64,000 nt of DNA, taken from the NCBI GenBank assembly GCA_964016885.1, contig OZ024751.1, positions 44,950,001 through 45,014,000 of the forward strand, written 5' to 3'. Shown piece after piece: positions 43,030-56,548 of this stretch. The stretch is from Eledone cirrhosa. Its lineage: Eukaryota. The stretch's first letter is position 1. Every line of letters starts with the position of its first letter. A program made the translations under genes and the position numbers. Below the pieces are notes generated by a model, which ran no database searches, had not been told where the DNA came from, and saw nothing but the letters and a program-made list of their open reading frames with translations.

Positions 43030-43343
43030 TGTGTGTGTGTATACACGAGCTTGCGGGTGCAGATGTGTATATATATGAGAGTCCCTTGCTCCCTACTTTC
43101 CTCTCTCTCTCACGGTGTATGTATATGTGTATGAGTATGTGTGTATGTGTGTATGTGTATATGTGTGTGTGTGGACACTGATAAAGGAGGCACACAGGCC
43201 CGGTGTTATATCAGAAAAAGGACTCTAGAGTATTTTGCTCTTAAATTGAGTTCAAAGTGCTCAAATGATAAATAACGGCAGACGGATACACATCGGGGCT
43301 CACACCGACAAACACACATACACACGCATATACCCACACACAT

Positions 43344-43382
<39 letters not shown>

Positions 43383-43539
43383 TGTGTGTGTGAATGCGTG
43401 TATACGTGTGTATGTGTGTATGGTGTATGGTGTATGAGTGTGCATGAATATGTGTGGGTCTATGTGTCTGTGTAATAATATATAAATCAAATATACACAA
43501 ATCCTTGTATATATATATATGTGTGTGTATATATATATG

Positions 43540-43670
<131 letters not shown>

Positions 43671-43856
43671 CATATACAAATATATATGCGTATACATACA
43701 TGCATATATATGTGTGTGTGTGTGTGTGTGTCTGTGTTTATCTATACATCTATATATCTATATCTATATACATATATATATGTGTGTGTGTGTGTATATA
43801 AATGTGTGTCTGTGTGTGTGTATATATATGTGTGTGTGTGTATATAAATGTGTGTC

Positions 43857-43913
<57 letters not shown>

Positions 43914-43928
43914 ATATATAAATGTGTG

Positions 43929-44000
<72 letters not shown>

Positions 44001-44327
44001 CATACATATATATATATATATGTATATACGTGAACGGTTTCTTGTATCACAAGATGAGTGGAGACCTTAATACAAACAAAAGACTAATTTTTGTTGTTGA
44101 TGTTGATGTTGTTGTCTATATTTGTTATTTTTTTTATTTTTGTCTGACGCAACTTTTGGTGATAAGATTGTAAGACCTCACAGAACACAAACTCCCTGAA
44201 ATATTATTCATAGGGGAAGCGGGTCGGAATCGTTATCAGCTCCTCATATCCTAGCTGCCAACACCAACAATATTAGACTTTTCCATCTATCTCGCTATTT
44301 ATCTCTCTATCCCCTCTCTCTCCCTCT

Positions 44328-44415
<88 letters not shown>

Positions 44416-44589
44416 CATACATATATATATTTATATACATACATATATATATATATATATATACACATATATATATATATAATATATATATATGTATATA
44501 TATATGTATATATATATATATATTATATACATACATATATATATTTATATACATACATATATATATATATATACACATATATATATATA

Positions 44590-44635
<46 letters not shown>

Positions 44636-44727
44636 ATATATACATATGTATATATATATATATATATTTATATACATATATATATATATATATATACAGA
44701 CATATATATATATAATATATGTATATA

Positions 44728-44893
<166 letters not shown>

Positions 44894-45014
44894 ATATATA
44901 TATATCACAATCTCAGATTTATCAGGCAGACTAAATCCCCGCCATCTCAGCAAACTCCCTAACAAAATCACTCGAACGTCTCCCATTGAATTAGCAGAAC
45001 AGAAGCATGTCAAA

Positions 45015-45132
<118 letters not shown>

Positions 45133-45341
45133 AAATAAATATATATATATATATGTAAGTATGTATGTATGTATGTATGTATGTATGTATGTATGTATGT
45201 ATGTATGTATGTATGTATGTATGTATGTTACGTCCGTAATTGGTTATGTATCTGTGAAATTAACGTATACATGTATGTATATAAATATGTATATATGTGC
45301 ATATATATGGACAGATAAATGAATAAATAATAAATAAATAA

Positions 45342-45410
<69 letters not shown>

Positions 45411-45420
45411 CTGATAGATA

Positions 45421-46140
45421 GATATATTTCTTTATTTGCCACAAGGGCGCACAAGAAAAAGGGACAATACAAAGACACATGCCGGGGATTTTACATACAA
45501 TCGTGTAAAAGTATTGAAACAAACAAATTTAACAATCGAAATCCCCAATAGGGGAGAAGCGCCACAAATGGGTTGTTTAATACCCCGACGATAGAACAAC
45601 TCTCAACTTTAGGAGCGTGTTGTGCAAGTGATCCTTTCTTCCTTTTGTTCTCTTCTTCAACCTACAGGTTTATATACAGAGAAGGCCCAATCACTCGGGC
45701 CATTTTTGCTACATTCACCCACCTTTCAGTAAATTTACAGTGCCTCTCTCTCCGCTCTGATTCTCCTTCTAAAGTGTTACCTAAAGAAGGGAGTGGGTTG
45801 TTGTCCGGAGAGAAAGGCATCTGTCCTAAGTCCTCTCAATCTCGTCCACCATATAACCTCTTTCACCATAGCCACTATACAGAGGAAAACCGCCTCTCTT
45901 GCGTTTTTGAAAGAAGTTAGCGGTTTGATCCTTACTATGGACACGACAGTCAACTGGATTTGTCCCATACGCGACAGCAGTTGTTCTGCGTAGTTCCACA
46001 GGTCGGTTACGCATGGGGCAGTGTACAATTTTGTGCAATACGGTTTCAATGTCCTCCTCGCATCTTGGACACGTCCTCTTGGAAGGATCCCTGCCGGGGC
46101 TTCCGTGCCTATAGATCTTGTCTCGAACTGGTAGAGCTAC
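45421..46140 (-). mobile_element. L1/Tx1-like LINE 3' fragment ending in (TATC)n
   Basis: ALPVRDKIYRHG..CPRCEEDIETVLHKIVHCP (zf-RVT-like zinc motif), frameshifted; AATAAA then (TATC)n. Confidence 0.72.
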
Positions 46141-46171
46141 TCGGTAATTACATAATAAACAACACAATATA

Positions 46172-46249
46172 ATTGTTCCATTACCAAAGGTTTCAAGAAA
46201 CTAGACGATTCTTACAGAAACGTCTCGCCCGTTCATCAGATGAAATAAT
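46172..46249 (-). ncRNA. Type I hammerhead ribozyme (family A)
   Basis: ATTATTTCAT-CTGATGA-..AGACG..CGTCT..-GAA-ACC-ttt-GGT-A-ATGGAAcAAT. Confidence 0.7.
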
Positions 46250-46265
46250 AAAGCATAACTATGTC

Positions 46266-46390
46266 GGATCTAGCTGTCGAAACGGCCGGAACTCAGCCGT
46301 CGGGATCCTGGCTCTTTTCCTATTACCCTAAGTATCTAGTACTCTTGTGTGTTATGGTCTACCTGGTATCTTACCACACCTTCTTTGTTA
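46266..46390 (+). mobile_element. Family C element, diverged, 5' truncated
   Basis: GTC-GAA-ACGGC-cggaactca-GCCGT-C plus family C tail. Confidence 0.65.
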
Positions 46391-46396
46391 TATATA

Positions 46397-46566
<170 letters not shown>

Positions 46567-46905
46567 CCTTACCTTCTACAGCAGTAATTCCGCTAAAAGA
46601 AACAACTTTGATTGACAGGTGACATATGAATGGAACCAGAAAAATGACGGCCATGAGTGGTCAGAAATACTCATCGACAGACAACAACAGGATTCAAGCT
46701 GGCGAGCGAAGGCCGCGGGATTAACTGGTCATTTGGAAACTCTGCTTCGAATGATCGAGACTTAGCTGAGGATCTTGCGATTCGATTTCAGAGTCAGGTT
46801 CGATCATCGCATCGATCGTTGCTCGAGCTGGTCGCCAGAGAAACGATTGTAATATGTCTAATAAATTTTAATTCGTCGCACCACTGATTCTCCGTTTCTT
46901 ATGTG

Positions 46906-46945
<40 letters not shown>

Positions 46946-47084
46946 GGGGGAGAGGGGGAGGTAGAGAGAGAGAGGGGGGGGAGAGAAATAGAAATAAGGT
47001 GGAGAATGAAAACTAAAATATTAGAAGATTAAGAGTTTTTACATAAATCTTGTTATATAAAAAAAAAATAATTTTGTACTTTTG

Positions 47085-47121
47085 AACTTGACCGGTTTCG
47101 CTGAACACAGTTTTTCAAACG
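47085..47121 (-). other. Degenerate minimal hammerhead
   Basis: TTGAAAA-aCTG-tgtt-CAGc-GAA-ACCGGT-C. Confidence 0.4.
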
Positions 47122-49132
47122 TTTTTCTTGCTAGCAGGACTCGACATATCATTACAGACCCGTCAGCTCTCAAGCGAAACCACGGACCTCTGCAATGAGA
47201 CGGGGGCCAAATTTTGTTCACTCTCTCTGTCTCCCTCTCTCTCTCCCTCTCTCTCACTCTCTCCCCCTTCTCTTTCCCCCTCTCTCTCCCCCCCTCTCTA
47301 TCACTCTCTCTCCACCCCTCTCTCTCTCTCTCTATCTATCTATGTGTATGTGTGTACGTGTATACATGTGTGTGTGTGTGTTCATGTGTACATGTATGTA
47401 TGTATATGTCCGTGAGTGTATGTGTATGTCCGTGTGTGTATGTGTGTGCTCATGTTCATGTGTGTATGTGTGTGTCCCTTTGTCCCTTTGTCACACCAAT
47501 TTCGTTTTTATCTTTGTCCCCATATTTCCTAATTTGTTTTCCTTTCCACCTCCAACACAGATATGCAGCAACACATACATATACACACACATACACAGGC
47601 ACACACCATCACATACACACACACACTCACTGACACACCAGCACATACACACACACGCCATCACATACACACACACACACACAACCATCACATACACATA
47701 CACAGTTACTGACACACCAACCCATACACACACACACACCATCACATACACACACACACACACTGACACACCAACACATACACACACACACCATCACATA
47801 CACACACACACACACACACTCACTGACACACCAACACATACACACACACACCATCACCACACACACTCACTGACACAGTAACACAGAGACACACACGAAC
47901 ATACACACACACTCACTGATACAACAACACATACACACACACAGCAACATACCCCACACACACACTCACTGACACATCTAAACCACCATGTAACCCACCA
48001 CCTCTCTCTCTTTCACCCTCACACACTTTCCAACCACCCTGTAAACACCTCCTCTCTCTCTCTCTCTCTCTCCCTACACACAGACACACGCACTTCCCAA
48101 CCGCCATGTAACCCCACCCCGTCTCTCTCCACCCCACCCCACACACACCACATACCACAAACACTCCTCCCACCACACCTCACACTACTCCCACCACACC
48201 TCACACTACTCCCACCGCACCTCACACTAATTTCTCATTCCACTAACACATTTCTGTTGCTTTTTCTTGACCGATATCTTAACTAGGTTTCCATGTTATA
48301 CCGTGGTGGTGGTGGTGGTGGTGCGGTGGTGGTGGTGGTGGTGGTGGAGGTGGTGCGGTGGTGGCGGTTGCGGTGGTGAGGGGCGTAGTAGGAAGTTGGG
48401 TAGAGAGGAAGAGAGGAGGGGCCCGAGTGTGAGTGGTAGTTAAAGACCTTTGAGAGACACGTAAAAGAAAGGAGGGCGGAGGAAAGTAAGAGAGAGAGAG
48501 AGACACACACACAGAGAGTGACAGAGAGAGAAAGAAGGAGAGAGAGAGACACAGAGAGTGAATGTGAAGGGAAGAAGAAGAAGAAGAAGAAGAAGAAGAA
48601 GAAGAAGAAGAAGAAGAAGAAGAAGAAGACTATGGAGACAGAAATTTCCTTCTTTCGATTTGTTGAGCCACGATGCCAACATTTTCAAGTCCTCGATTGG
48701 TGGGGCCACGATATAAACCTTCAAATACCTGGTTGTTGGGGAGGGGCACGGTATGAAAATTTAAGTACACGATTTATGGGGCTGCGATGGGAACTTTCTG
48801 CTACCCGATTAGTGTGGGCGTGAAGCGAACCTTCAAGTACCCGATTACAAAGAGGAAAATCTATTACTTGATGGGTCTTTTATTTAGCTGATCTGAAACG
48901 ATAAAATGGCAGAATTGGCCTTCCCAGGATTTGAACTCAAACGCAGAGATTCTTAACAACGCTCTAATGTTTCTACAAATTCGTTGCCTTGCGTAAAAGA
49001 TTGCATGTATTTATAACTGTAAATGAAGCTTTTCCAAGATGCCATGTGGAAGGAGCAAACCCGGGATTTAATGATTGCGAAGCTAACCTCTTAACCATTC
49101 GGCCATACGAAGTCAATTTAAAAGAGTTACAA

Positions 49133-49660
49133 TGGCGGCGAATTGTCAGAGTTGTTAGAACGTCTGATAGAATGCTCTGTGGTATTCATTCCAACTCTCT
49201 GCTCTCTGAGTTCAAATTCCGCTGAGGTGAACTTTACCTTCTCTTCATTCGAGGTCGATAAAAAAGGACCATTTCAATACTGGGGTCGATTCTTCCTCTA
49301 TATCTGTTTCTTACTTCCATTCTTTTACTCTATTATTCTCTAGAAGAAATAACCTGACCTAGTGATTAAAAGCGCGTGACCTAGAGGTTAAAAGTGTTCG
49401 GCTCGCCGTAATAACATTGTGAATTCGATGGCCGGACAGAACAGCGTGTTGTGTCCTTGAGCAAGAAAACACTTTATTCGTAAAACTGAGTTGCGACGAC
49501 ATCGGAATTTGGCTTTCCCTTTGGAATAGAGAGAGGGTGACTGACATGTTTGGGCAAGTGGTGGTCTCCCACAAAATACCTTAACCCGACTCGTGCGTTG
49601 GTGAGGAATTTTCAAGGTACAAACCTATGGTCAATCAGAGACTAAAGGTCTTCTTATGAC
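49133..49660 (+). mobile_element. Adjacent SINEs of both families
   Basis: 49133-49330 (GAGTTCAAATTCCG..GAGGTCGATAAAA) and 49358-49660 (GTGTCCTTGAGCAAGAAAACACTTTATT). Confidence 0.75.
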
Positions 49661-49974
49661 AGAGTAAGTAATAGGTTTATGTAAAGGAGAGGTAAGGATG
49701 ATATTTTAGATAAATTAGTCAGATGAGAAAGGGCTCCAGATTTCTGCGGGACCGCATTCCAGACTGATGAAAGTGGTGTAGATAATGCCTAACCGAGGGA
49801 TTTGTAAATCAACGTGTGTTAATTAAGGTAAAGAAAGATCCACCTGGAAGTGAATTAAAGTCTGTTTACAATAAAGTGACCTCACTAAAGCGAAGGCAGT
49901 AAAGGGCCGGGTAATGGTGGAGCAAGACATAGGGATAAAGCGGGTGATATTGGTGTCTGTGGTAGATTGAGAGG

Positions 49975-50751
49975 CAGATAGATATATAGATAGATAGATA
50001 GGTAGGTAGGTAGGTAGGTAGGTAGGTAGGTAGGTAGGTAGGTAGGGAGTGAGAGGGTGAGACAAAGGGACAAAGATACAGAGAGACAGAGAGACAGAGA
50101 GACAGACAAATAGACAGGGAGACAGAGGGACAGAGAAATAGACTGGTGAGAGTAAATCTGTAGTAGAAGAGAGAGAAGGAGAGATAGAGAGACATAATGA
50201 ATGAGACGTCGAAATAGAAAGACAGACAGACAAGGAGACAGGGACTGAGACAGAAAGACAGAGAGACAGAGAGAAGGGGAATACCATTGATGAGGGGAAA
50301 AGGTGTCTGGAATAGAACGAGAGAGAGAACGGGGAAGAGGAAGAACAAATGGGAGAAGAATAAAGAGAGAGGGAGACATATTAGAACGACAGAGAGAGAG
50401 AAAGAGAGAGATGAGAGAGAGAGAAGAGATGAGAGAAAATATGTGATAAAGAGAAAGTCAACGATAGTCATGAGAAAGAATATGTGAGAAAAAGAGTGTG
50501 AAAGAAGAAATATGGAGAGAGAGAGAAGGAAGGAGAGAGAGACGGAAGGATAGAGAGACGGAAGGAGAGAGAGACGGAAGGAGAGAGAGATGGAAGGAGA
50601 GAGAGATGGAAGGAGAGAGAGACGGAGAGAGAGAGATGAAAGGATAGAAATATGGAAGGGGGGAGAGATGGAAGGAGAGAGGGAAGGAAGGAGAGAAAGA
50701 CGGAAGGAGAGAGAGAGACGGAGAGAGAGAGAGAGACGGAGAGAGAGATAG

Positions 50752-50795
<44 letters not shown>

Positions 50796-50841
50796 AAGGA
50801 GAGAAAGACGGAAGGAGAGAGAGATGGAAGGAGAGAGAGAG

Positions 50842-50904
<63 letters not shown>

Positions 50905-51112
50905 GGAGAGAGAGAGACGGAGAGAGAGAGAGAGAAGGAAGGAGAGAGAGACGGAGAGAGAGAGAGATGGAAGGAGAGAGGGAAGGAAGGAGAGAGAAGG
51001 AAGGAGAGAGAGACGGAGAGAGAGATAGAGATGGAAGGAGAGAGAGACGGAGAGAGAGAGAGATGGAAGGAGAGAGAGACGGAAGGAGAGAGAGAAGGAA
51101 GGAGAGAGAGAG

Positions 51113-51182
<70 letters not shown>

Positions 51183-51530
51183 GGAGAGAGAGACGGAGAG
51201 AGAGAGAGATGGAAAGAGAGAGAGATGGAAGGAGAGAGAGACGGAGAGAGAGACAGAGAAGGAAGGGGAGAGAGACGGCGAGAGAGAGAGATGGAAAGAG
51301 AGAGAGACGGAAGGAGAGAGAGACGGAGAGAGAGACAGAGAAGGAAGGAGAGAGAGACGGAGAGAGAGAGAGATGGAAGGAGAGAGAGACGGAAGGAGAG
51401 AGAGAAGGAAGGAGAGAGAGAGACGGAGAGAGAGACGGAGAGAGAGAGAAGGAAGGAGAGAGGGACGGAGAGAGAGAGATGGAAGGAGAGAGAGATGGAA
51501 GGAGAGAGAGACGGAAGGAGAGAGTGGAAG
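49975..51530. repeat. Polypurine tract: (TAGG)n and (GA)n with GACGG/GATGG/GGAAGG interruptions
   Basis: Direct reading. Confidence 0.92.
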
Positions 51531-51721
51531 AAACAGTTGAAGAAAAAAAGTATGGCAAATTTATCAGAGACTACAGGTCTGTATGCATGTGTTTATGTAT
51601 GCATATGTTTATGTATGTATGTGTGAGCTTGTGTGCGTGCATGACAATTATCTACATCTACGTATGTGTACTTATGTGTGTATACATATAAATATAAATA
51701 TATATATACATATGTTTGTGA

Positions 51722-51823
<102 letters not shown>

Positions 51824-52002
51824 TCACCCGTGTGTGTACATATAAACCAACTATGTGTGGAATGTGAAAAGGTGACACAGAGATAAAGTGAAATAGTTTT
51901 GTTCTAATTTTTTTGAAATTTGGTTATCTCAGTTACCTATATCTATCTATCTATCTATCTATCTATGTTCTTCTTTCTCTATATATATACATATATATAT
52001 AT

Positions 52003-52590
52003 ATTCTATTCTAGGGCGGGTAAAATTCCCGAGATCCATGAACGAGTTCTCTCCAGCGGTCTCTGTCCCTCATTATCGCTGCCATGTCCTGCGTCTCCAA
52101 CAGGCCAGTGTCTGTCCTTGGGGCATCAACATACGTTAACCTTGGTCTTCCACTTCCAGTGTGTCCATGTAGGGGCTCCCACAGGAGCACTGAGTGCAAT
52201 GTCAACTCTGGATGTCGGTGAGCATGTCCAGCTAACCTCAGTCTCCGCTGTGTCACTTTTGAGCTGACTTTTGGGAGGCTCCCATACAGCTCTGAGTTTT
52301 CCATCCTTAGTGTATACTGATTAATGTTCAGAGCCATCCTCAGCATTCTCGTGTAGCACCCATCCACCATCTGAATGAGTTTCTTGGTCAGTGTCCAAAT
52401 CTCGGACCCGTACAGCAGCACAGACGCCACTACTGCAATGAAGAGGCGGATTTTCAGGTCTTTACGAAGGTCCGACTTCCACACCGATCTCAAGCTGTGG
52501 CACGCCGCCCAGGCTTTGCTCTTCCTCTCAACCACATCATCTTTCGTGTTCCCAATCTTTTCTCCCAAATACAGGAAGTCCTCAACCAAT
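52003..52590 (-). mobile_element. RTE-clade LINE 3' fragment (open frame 52011-52589)
   Basis: VEDFLYLG..KAWAAC..VWKS..KIRLF..VLLYGSEIWTLTK..YTRMLR..RRLRLAGH..GRPRLTY..DRDRWR; (ATAGA)-like tail. Confidence 0.85.
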
Positions 52591-53610
52591 TATAGAGAGA
52601 GAGAAAGAGGGTTAAAGTTTGCTTGAAGCATTGTGGAATATATATATCTATTTATATATATTATATTTGTTTCTACTTTAGGCACAAGGCCAGCAATTAC
52701 CCAGTTCATTACTGGTACTTTATTTATATATATTATATTGTTTGTATATCGGTTTGTACTTCTACCTACATATCTAACTAGCTGTATATCTCTCTGTCTA
52801 TATCTCTCTAATTCTCAATTGGTGATGAACGTAAGTGTGGAACCCGAGCAGGACAAAAAAAAAGTGCTGTAAAAAGGGTGAATGAACTCCGCAGAGTCAA
52901 CGGCCAGCTAACCCAACTATGCGTTAAATAACCTCACCAACCCGCAATTGGCCAAGCCTAGTGAGTACGGTTAAACTCTTGAAGACAGGTTTTAAACCAA
53001 ACAGAAAGCGGTGGAATTCAACCAGGAAGGGGTTCCTCCAACAGGAATTAGAAGGCCTTGGGATGTAATACTCAATTAATTAGTTTGATCTATTGGTTGG
53101 TTTAATAACCTGAGTGGGGGTGGGGGTTATGGGCATCCGTCGCTATCGACGATAAATGTTCCTGTTATTAGGCCGCGGTTTCGATCACATTGATTGGTAT
53201 CTTGATCAAGTGTTATTTATCATAGTGTCTGCCTCGGTTCATCTCGTGTCTTGAGAGAGAAATTTGGTAGACAGAAACTCTTTGGAAGCCTGTCGGATAG
53301 GCTGTATTTGTAATTCAAAAGACTAGTATCGTCACACCCTCTGGCTGAATCTCTTTGATAATTATGTTGAGCTCAAACATTTACACGTTAATTTCAGTAG
53401 CAGGCTGTTCTTTTGATCAAACAACTGGAACAGACCATCGTCGAAAGAGATGAAGGTCCATTACATTCCATACTATTTATCTTCCTCTAATGTCTATAAT
53501 TTCTGTCATTTATACCGTCAAAAGTTGTCAGTGACACACTATACATTAATCGATATCTTCGAATTTTCTACTAAATACCAAGCTATTTGAAGTATTCTCT
53601 TTATAAAAAA

Positions 53611-53770
53611 GCGATGAATTGGCATAGTTGTTAGAACGTCGGTATTTGTTCCGGCTCTTTGATCTCTCAGTTCATATCCCGCCTAGGTTCATTTTGCCTT
53701 TCATCCTCTCGAGGTCGATAAAAAAAGTAACAATCTAGTACTGGAGTTGATTCTTCCTCTATATCATTTC
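53611..53770 (+). mobile_element. tRNA-derived SINE variant
   Basis: GCGATGAATTGGCATAG..GCCTTTCATCCTCTCGAGGTCGATAAAA. Confidence 0.75.
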
Positions 53771-53859
53771 CTCTCACTCAATTTATAATATATATATATA
53801 TACACATATATATTTTTAACTGCGGTAAGAATTTTTTCTTATATCAAAGTTTAATGGGC

Positions 53860-53984
53860 TTCCACTGAAGATTTATAAGTGCCCACCTAAATATATTCTT
53901 ACATGAATATATGTTAGGCTTCTACATAAACTGGAAACATTCTCCCAATTTGTAGAAAACTTATAATGAAACAATTGTTTGGAA
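53860..53984 (+). ncRNA. Type I hammerhead ribozyme with branched stem II
   Basis: TTCCA-CTGAAGA-tTTATAAGT[2 hairpins]ACTTATAAt-GAA-ACAATTGT-T-TGGAA. Confidence 0.8.
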
Positions 53985-54177
53985 AGAGAGATATATTTTA
54001 ACTTTAATTATATCTCATAAAATAATACAACTGGCTTTCCACAAAATACATATAGTTAGCACCCCAAACACTTAAATTGGGTTTATATAACCTAATGTTT
54101 GTTGAGTGAGATGGTTACCAGTCGGAGTTTAGCTTTAAGCTATCTCTGTTATTGTATTAAATATATATACATATATA

Positions 54178-54337
54178 TATTTATTAAAATAACAGATTAA
54201 AGTTTAAGCAAAGAATCGCTGCTTTCACCCTTAACGGGATCTTCTGAAATATTTGCTCTACGGTTCTTATATATTTGATATATATTTATCCTTATCAAGC
54301 CCTCTTTGGATTTTAGTCTTCAAATTTATTATTATTA
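54178..54337. mobile_element. Family D element: inverted arm joined directly to tail
   Basis: Both parts match 36828-36984. Confidence 0.75.
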
Positions 54338-54932
54338 CTATATATATAAAGTTGTAGTTCCTGTCAGTTTATTTGTTTATTTGTTCACGAAATCCTTCTT
54401 TGGTTTTGGAGATAGACCCCCATAACCATATATATTCTGAAACTACATTGCCCAGGGTTCTTGGATAAGTATATTTCATTTTAATCAAATGGTTCCCCGG
54501 GGGCACAAACCCCCGCTGAAAACCCCGCTGAAACTTTTTTCCCTTCGATTTATATGAAATTTAATGACAAGATATGCCTATTCACAAAATTTTAGCAAAT
54601 TTCAATAATATTAAGACATCTTAATGGGGGTTAAACCCCCTATAGTGAACATTTTGGAAGCCCAAATTTTGGAAGTTTTTCTATTAATTAAACGTAAATC
54701 AACAAAAAAAGCACCTCTCTTTTATAGTCAAATTTGGCTAATTTAGACATTTTATCTATGGCAAAACATCACTAGAATTATGACAACAAAAATTATTAGT
54801 TAATGCCTCTACTTTTGTAACATTTTCCCTTTATTTTTTCTCCATAAATTGTATCACTGATTTAAAATCAATCATCATTTTCTTACAAAAAAAAATGTGT
54901 GAAACGCAGCAAGGCGCGGGTAATTCGGCTAG
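54338..54932 (+). mobile_element. Non-autonomous Helitron-like element
   Basis: 5' CTATATATATAAA followed by (GTTT)-like microsatellite; 3' GC-rich CGCAGCAAGGCGCGGG..CTAG-T. Confidence 0.6.
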
Positions 54933-54989
54933 TATATTATAAAGAAGTGAGACGGTTTTAAATGTACATTCTCTGTTTATGATATAATC

Positions 54990-55058
54990 GTATTATACGT
55001 ATTTCGAAGACGTCAAAGTGATTGCATAATTACCCTTTGGCATGTTCTCTTCAGACAG
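54990..55058 (-). ncRNA. Type I hammerhead ribozyme
   Basis: TGT-CTGAAGA-GAA..CAAAG..CTTTG..TTC-GAA-ATACGTAT-A-ATA. Confidence 0.72.
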
Positions 55059-55275
55059 GTAGATAATTGTGGAATACAAATCGTAGAGTGCTTTTTGTCT
55101 GTTTACGACAAAAGTCGATGGATTATCTGATCAACCAACTTTCCTAAATTGAATAATATAAACTAAATATGTGCACTCTGAATCCCGGACGGGCACTTCG
55201 GAAATGCAAGTCCCGTGAAATCATCGAGCGAGTGGGAAATTTCGGTGTATAAGCAAAAACACAGTTCTTCTAGTT

Positions 55276-55356
<81 letters not shown>

Positions 55357-55371
55357 TCAGAGGCAAATACT

Positions 55372-55443
55372 GTATTTGAGGTCGAGTGACGCAACTTCGA
55401 GTGATTAGCGGCCTCTAGACTCACCTGAAACACTTGTTAATAC
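55372..55443 (+). other. Hammerhead remnant with the CTGA core deleted
   Basis: GTATT-[----]TG-AGGTcGAGT..ACTCACCT-GAA-ACA-ct-TGT-T-AATAC, followed by AATAAA. Confidence 0.55.
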
Positions 55444-56088
55444 TTGAAATAAAGCCTCTTGTTGTACAGCCGACCCCGTGTATTCTTCAATCTTTCACTA
55501 TATATATATATATATATATATATAAGTGTATCGAACTAGAGAAACTTTGTTTGTGTTAATACGCCGAAATTATATGTATATATATTTGTATGTATGTGAA
55601 TATTTAAAGTGAAGAGAACTAAGGTTTTCAAATTAATTCAATCTTTAATATCTACGCTCGTTTCTATACACGTGATAAGCTTACATCCATATACAAACAA
55701 CGAATCAATCAGTTATAATTAATTGACGTTTATTCACACAATACACAAACACCTTCATATCATTAAGATGATAAGAGGGATTGAATATAGCAAGAAACAC
55801 GTACCAAGAACATTGGCATAGTCAAATGTTGAATGTAGGTGAGTAATGAGGACAGTCAGCGTGCATTGAGCTTCTCTCACCTTACCAAATTTAACAGTGG
55901 AATATTCCATTATAATCACTTACATATATATATATCCAGGGTGTGTAACGTGGGGTTACTGTAGGTTCACCCGGGTGAGCACTCGATGTTTAGGTTCACT
56001 TCAGTGTCGAGGTGTAGAGCTAGACAGAGTGTATTATAGTAAAATAAAACAAGGACGAGTGGTTATTCCTTCATTACGTTTATTGGTT

Positions 56089-56173
56089 GGTGACGTGCGT
56101 TTCGCCACTGATCAGCTCATGGTTCGATCTGTAACAATCTAGCCCGACTCTGTAATCCACGGTTCGTCAGACC
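56089..56173 (-). ncRNA. Type I hammerhead ribozyme with long, imperfect stem II
   Basis: GGT-CTGACGA-..~60 nt..-GAA-ACG-ca-CGT-C-ACC, then AATAAA. Confidence 0.62.
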
Positions 56174-56213
56174 CCTTATATCACCATTATAAGGAGTCTG
56201 ATCGTTATTTTAC

Positions 56214-56258
<45 letters not shown>

Positions 56259-56328
56259 TAAATATTTCCGTAGAAAAGGTAAAGGAAAAAAGAGTGCTCT
56301 ATGTATTGTACAGAGCTATTTAATTAGA

Positions 56329-56506
56329 TAATTGTTTCTACTTTAGGCACAGGGCCAGCACATACTCAGTACATTACTGGTACTTTATTTTATCGACCCC
56401 GTAAGGATGAAAGGCAAAGTTAACCTCAGCGGGATTTGAACTCAGACTGTAAAGGGACGTAACTATGCTAGAAAACATGGCGTCCGACCCTCTACCGATA
56501 CTGCCA
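56329..56506 (-). mobile_element. tRNA-derived SINE inserted in a family A element
   Basis: Flanks rejoin to the sequence seen uninterrupted at 58790-58840. Confidence 0.9.
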
Positions 56507-56548
56507 ATAATAAACAACACAATTTAATTATTTCATTATGTATGTATG

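Noticed and set aside
48241-48435. Branch point, pyrimidine tract and AG followed by a possible donor
   Set aside because: The enclosed sequence is a GGT repeat with no credible reading frame; needs RNA-seq
49764-49800. Isolated CTGANGA words (also ~30712, ~33688, ~38559, ~57846)
   Set aside because: No properly placed GAAA, stem III or stem I; expected by chance
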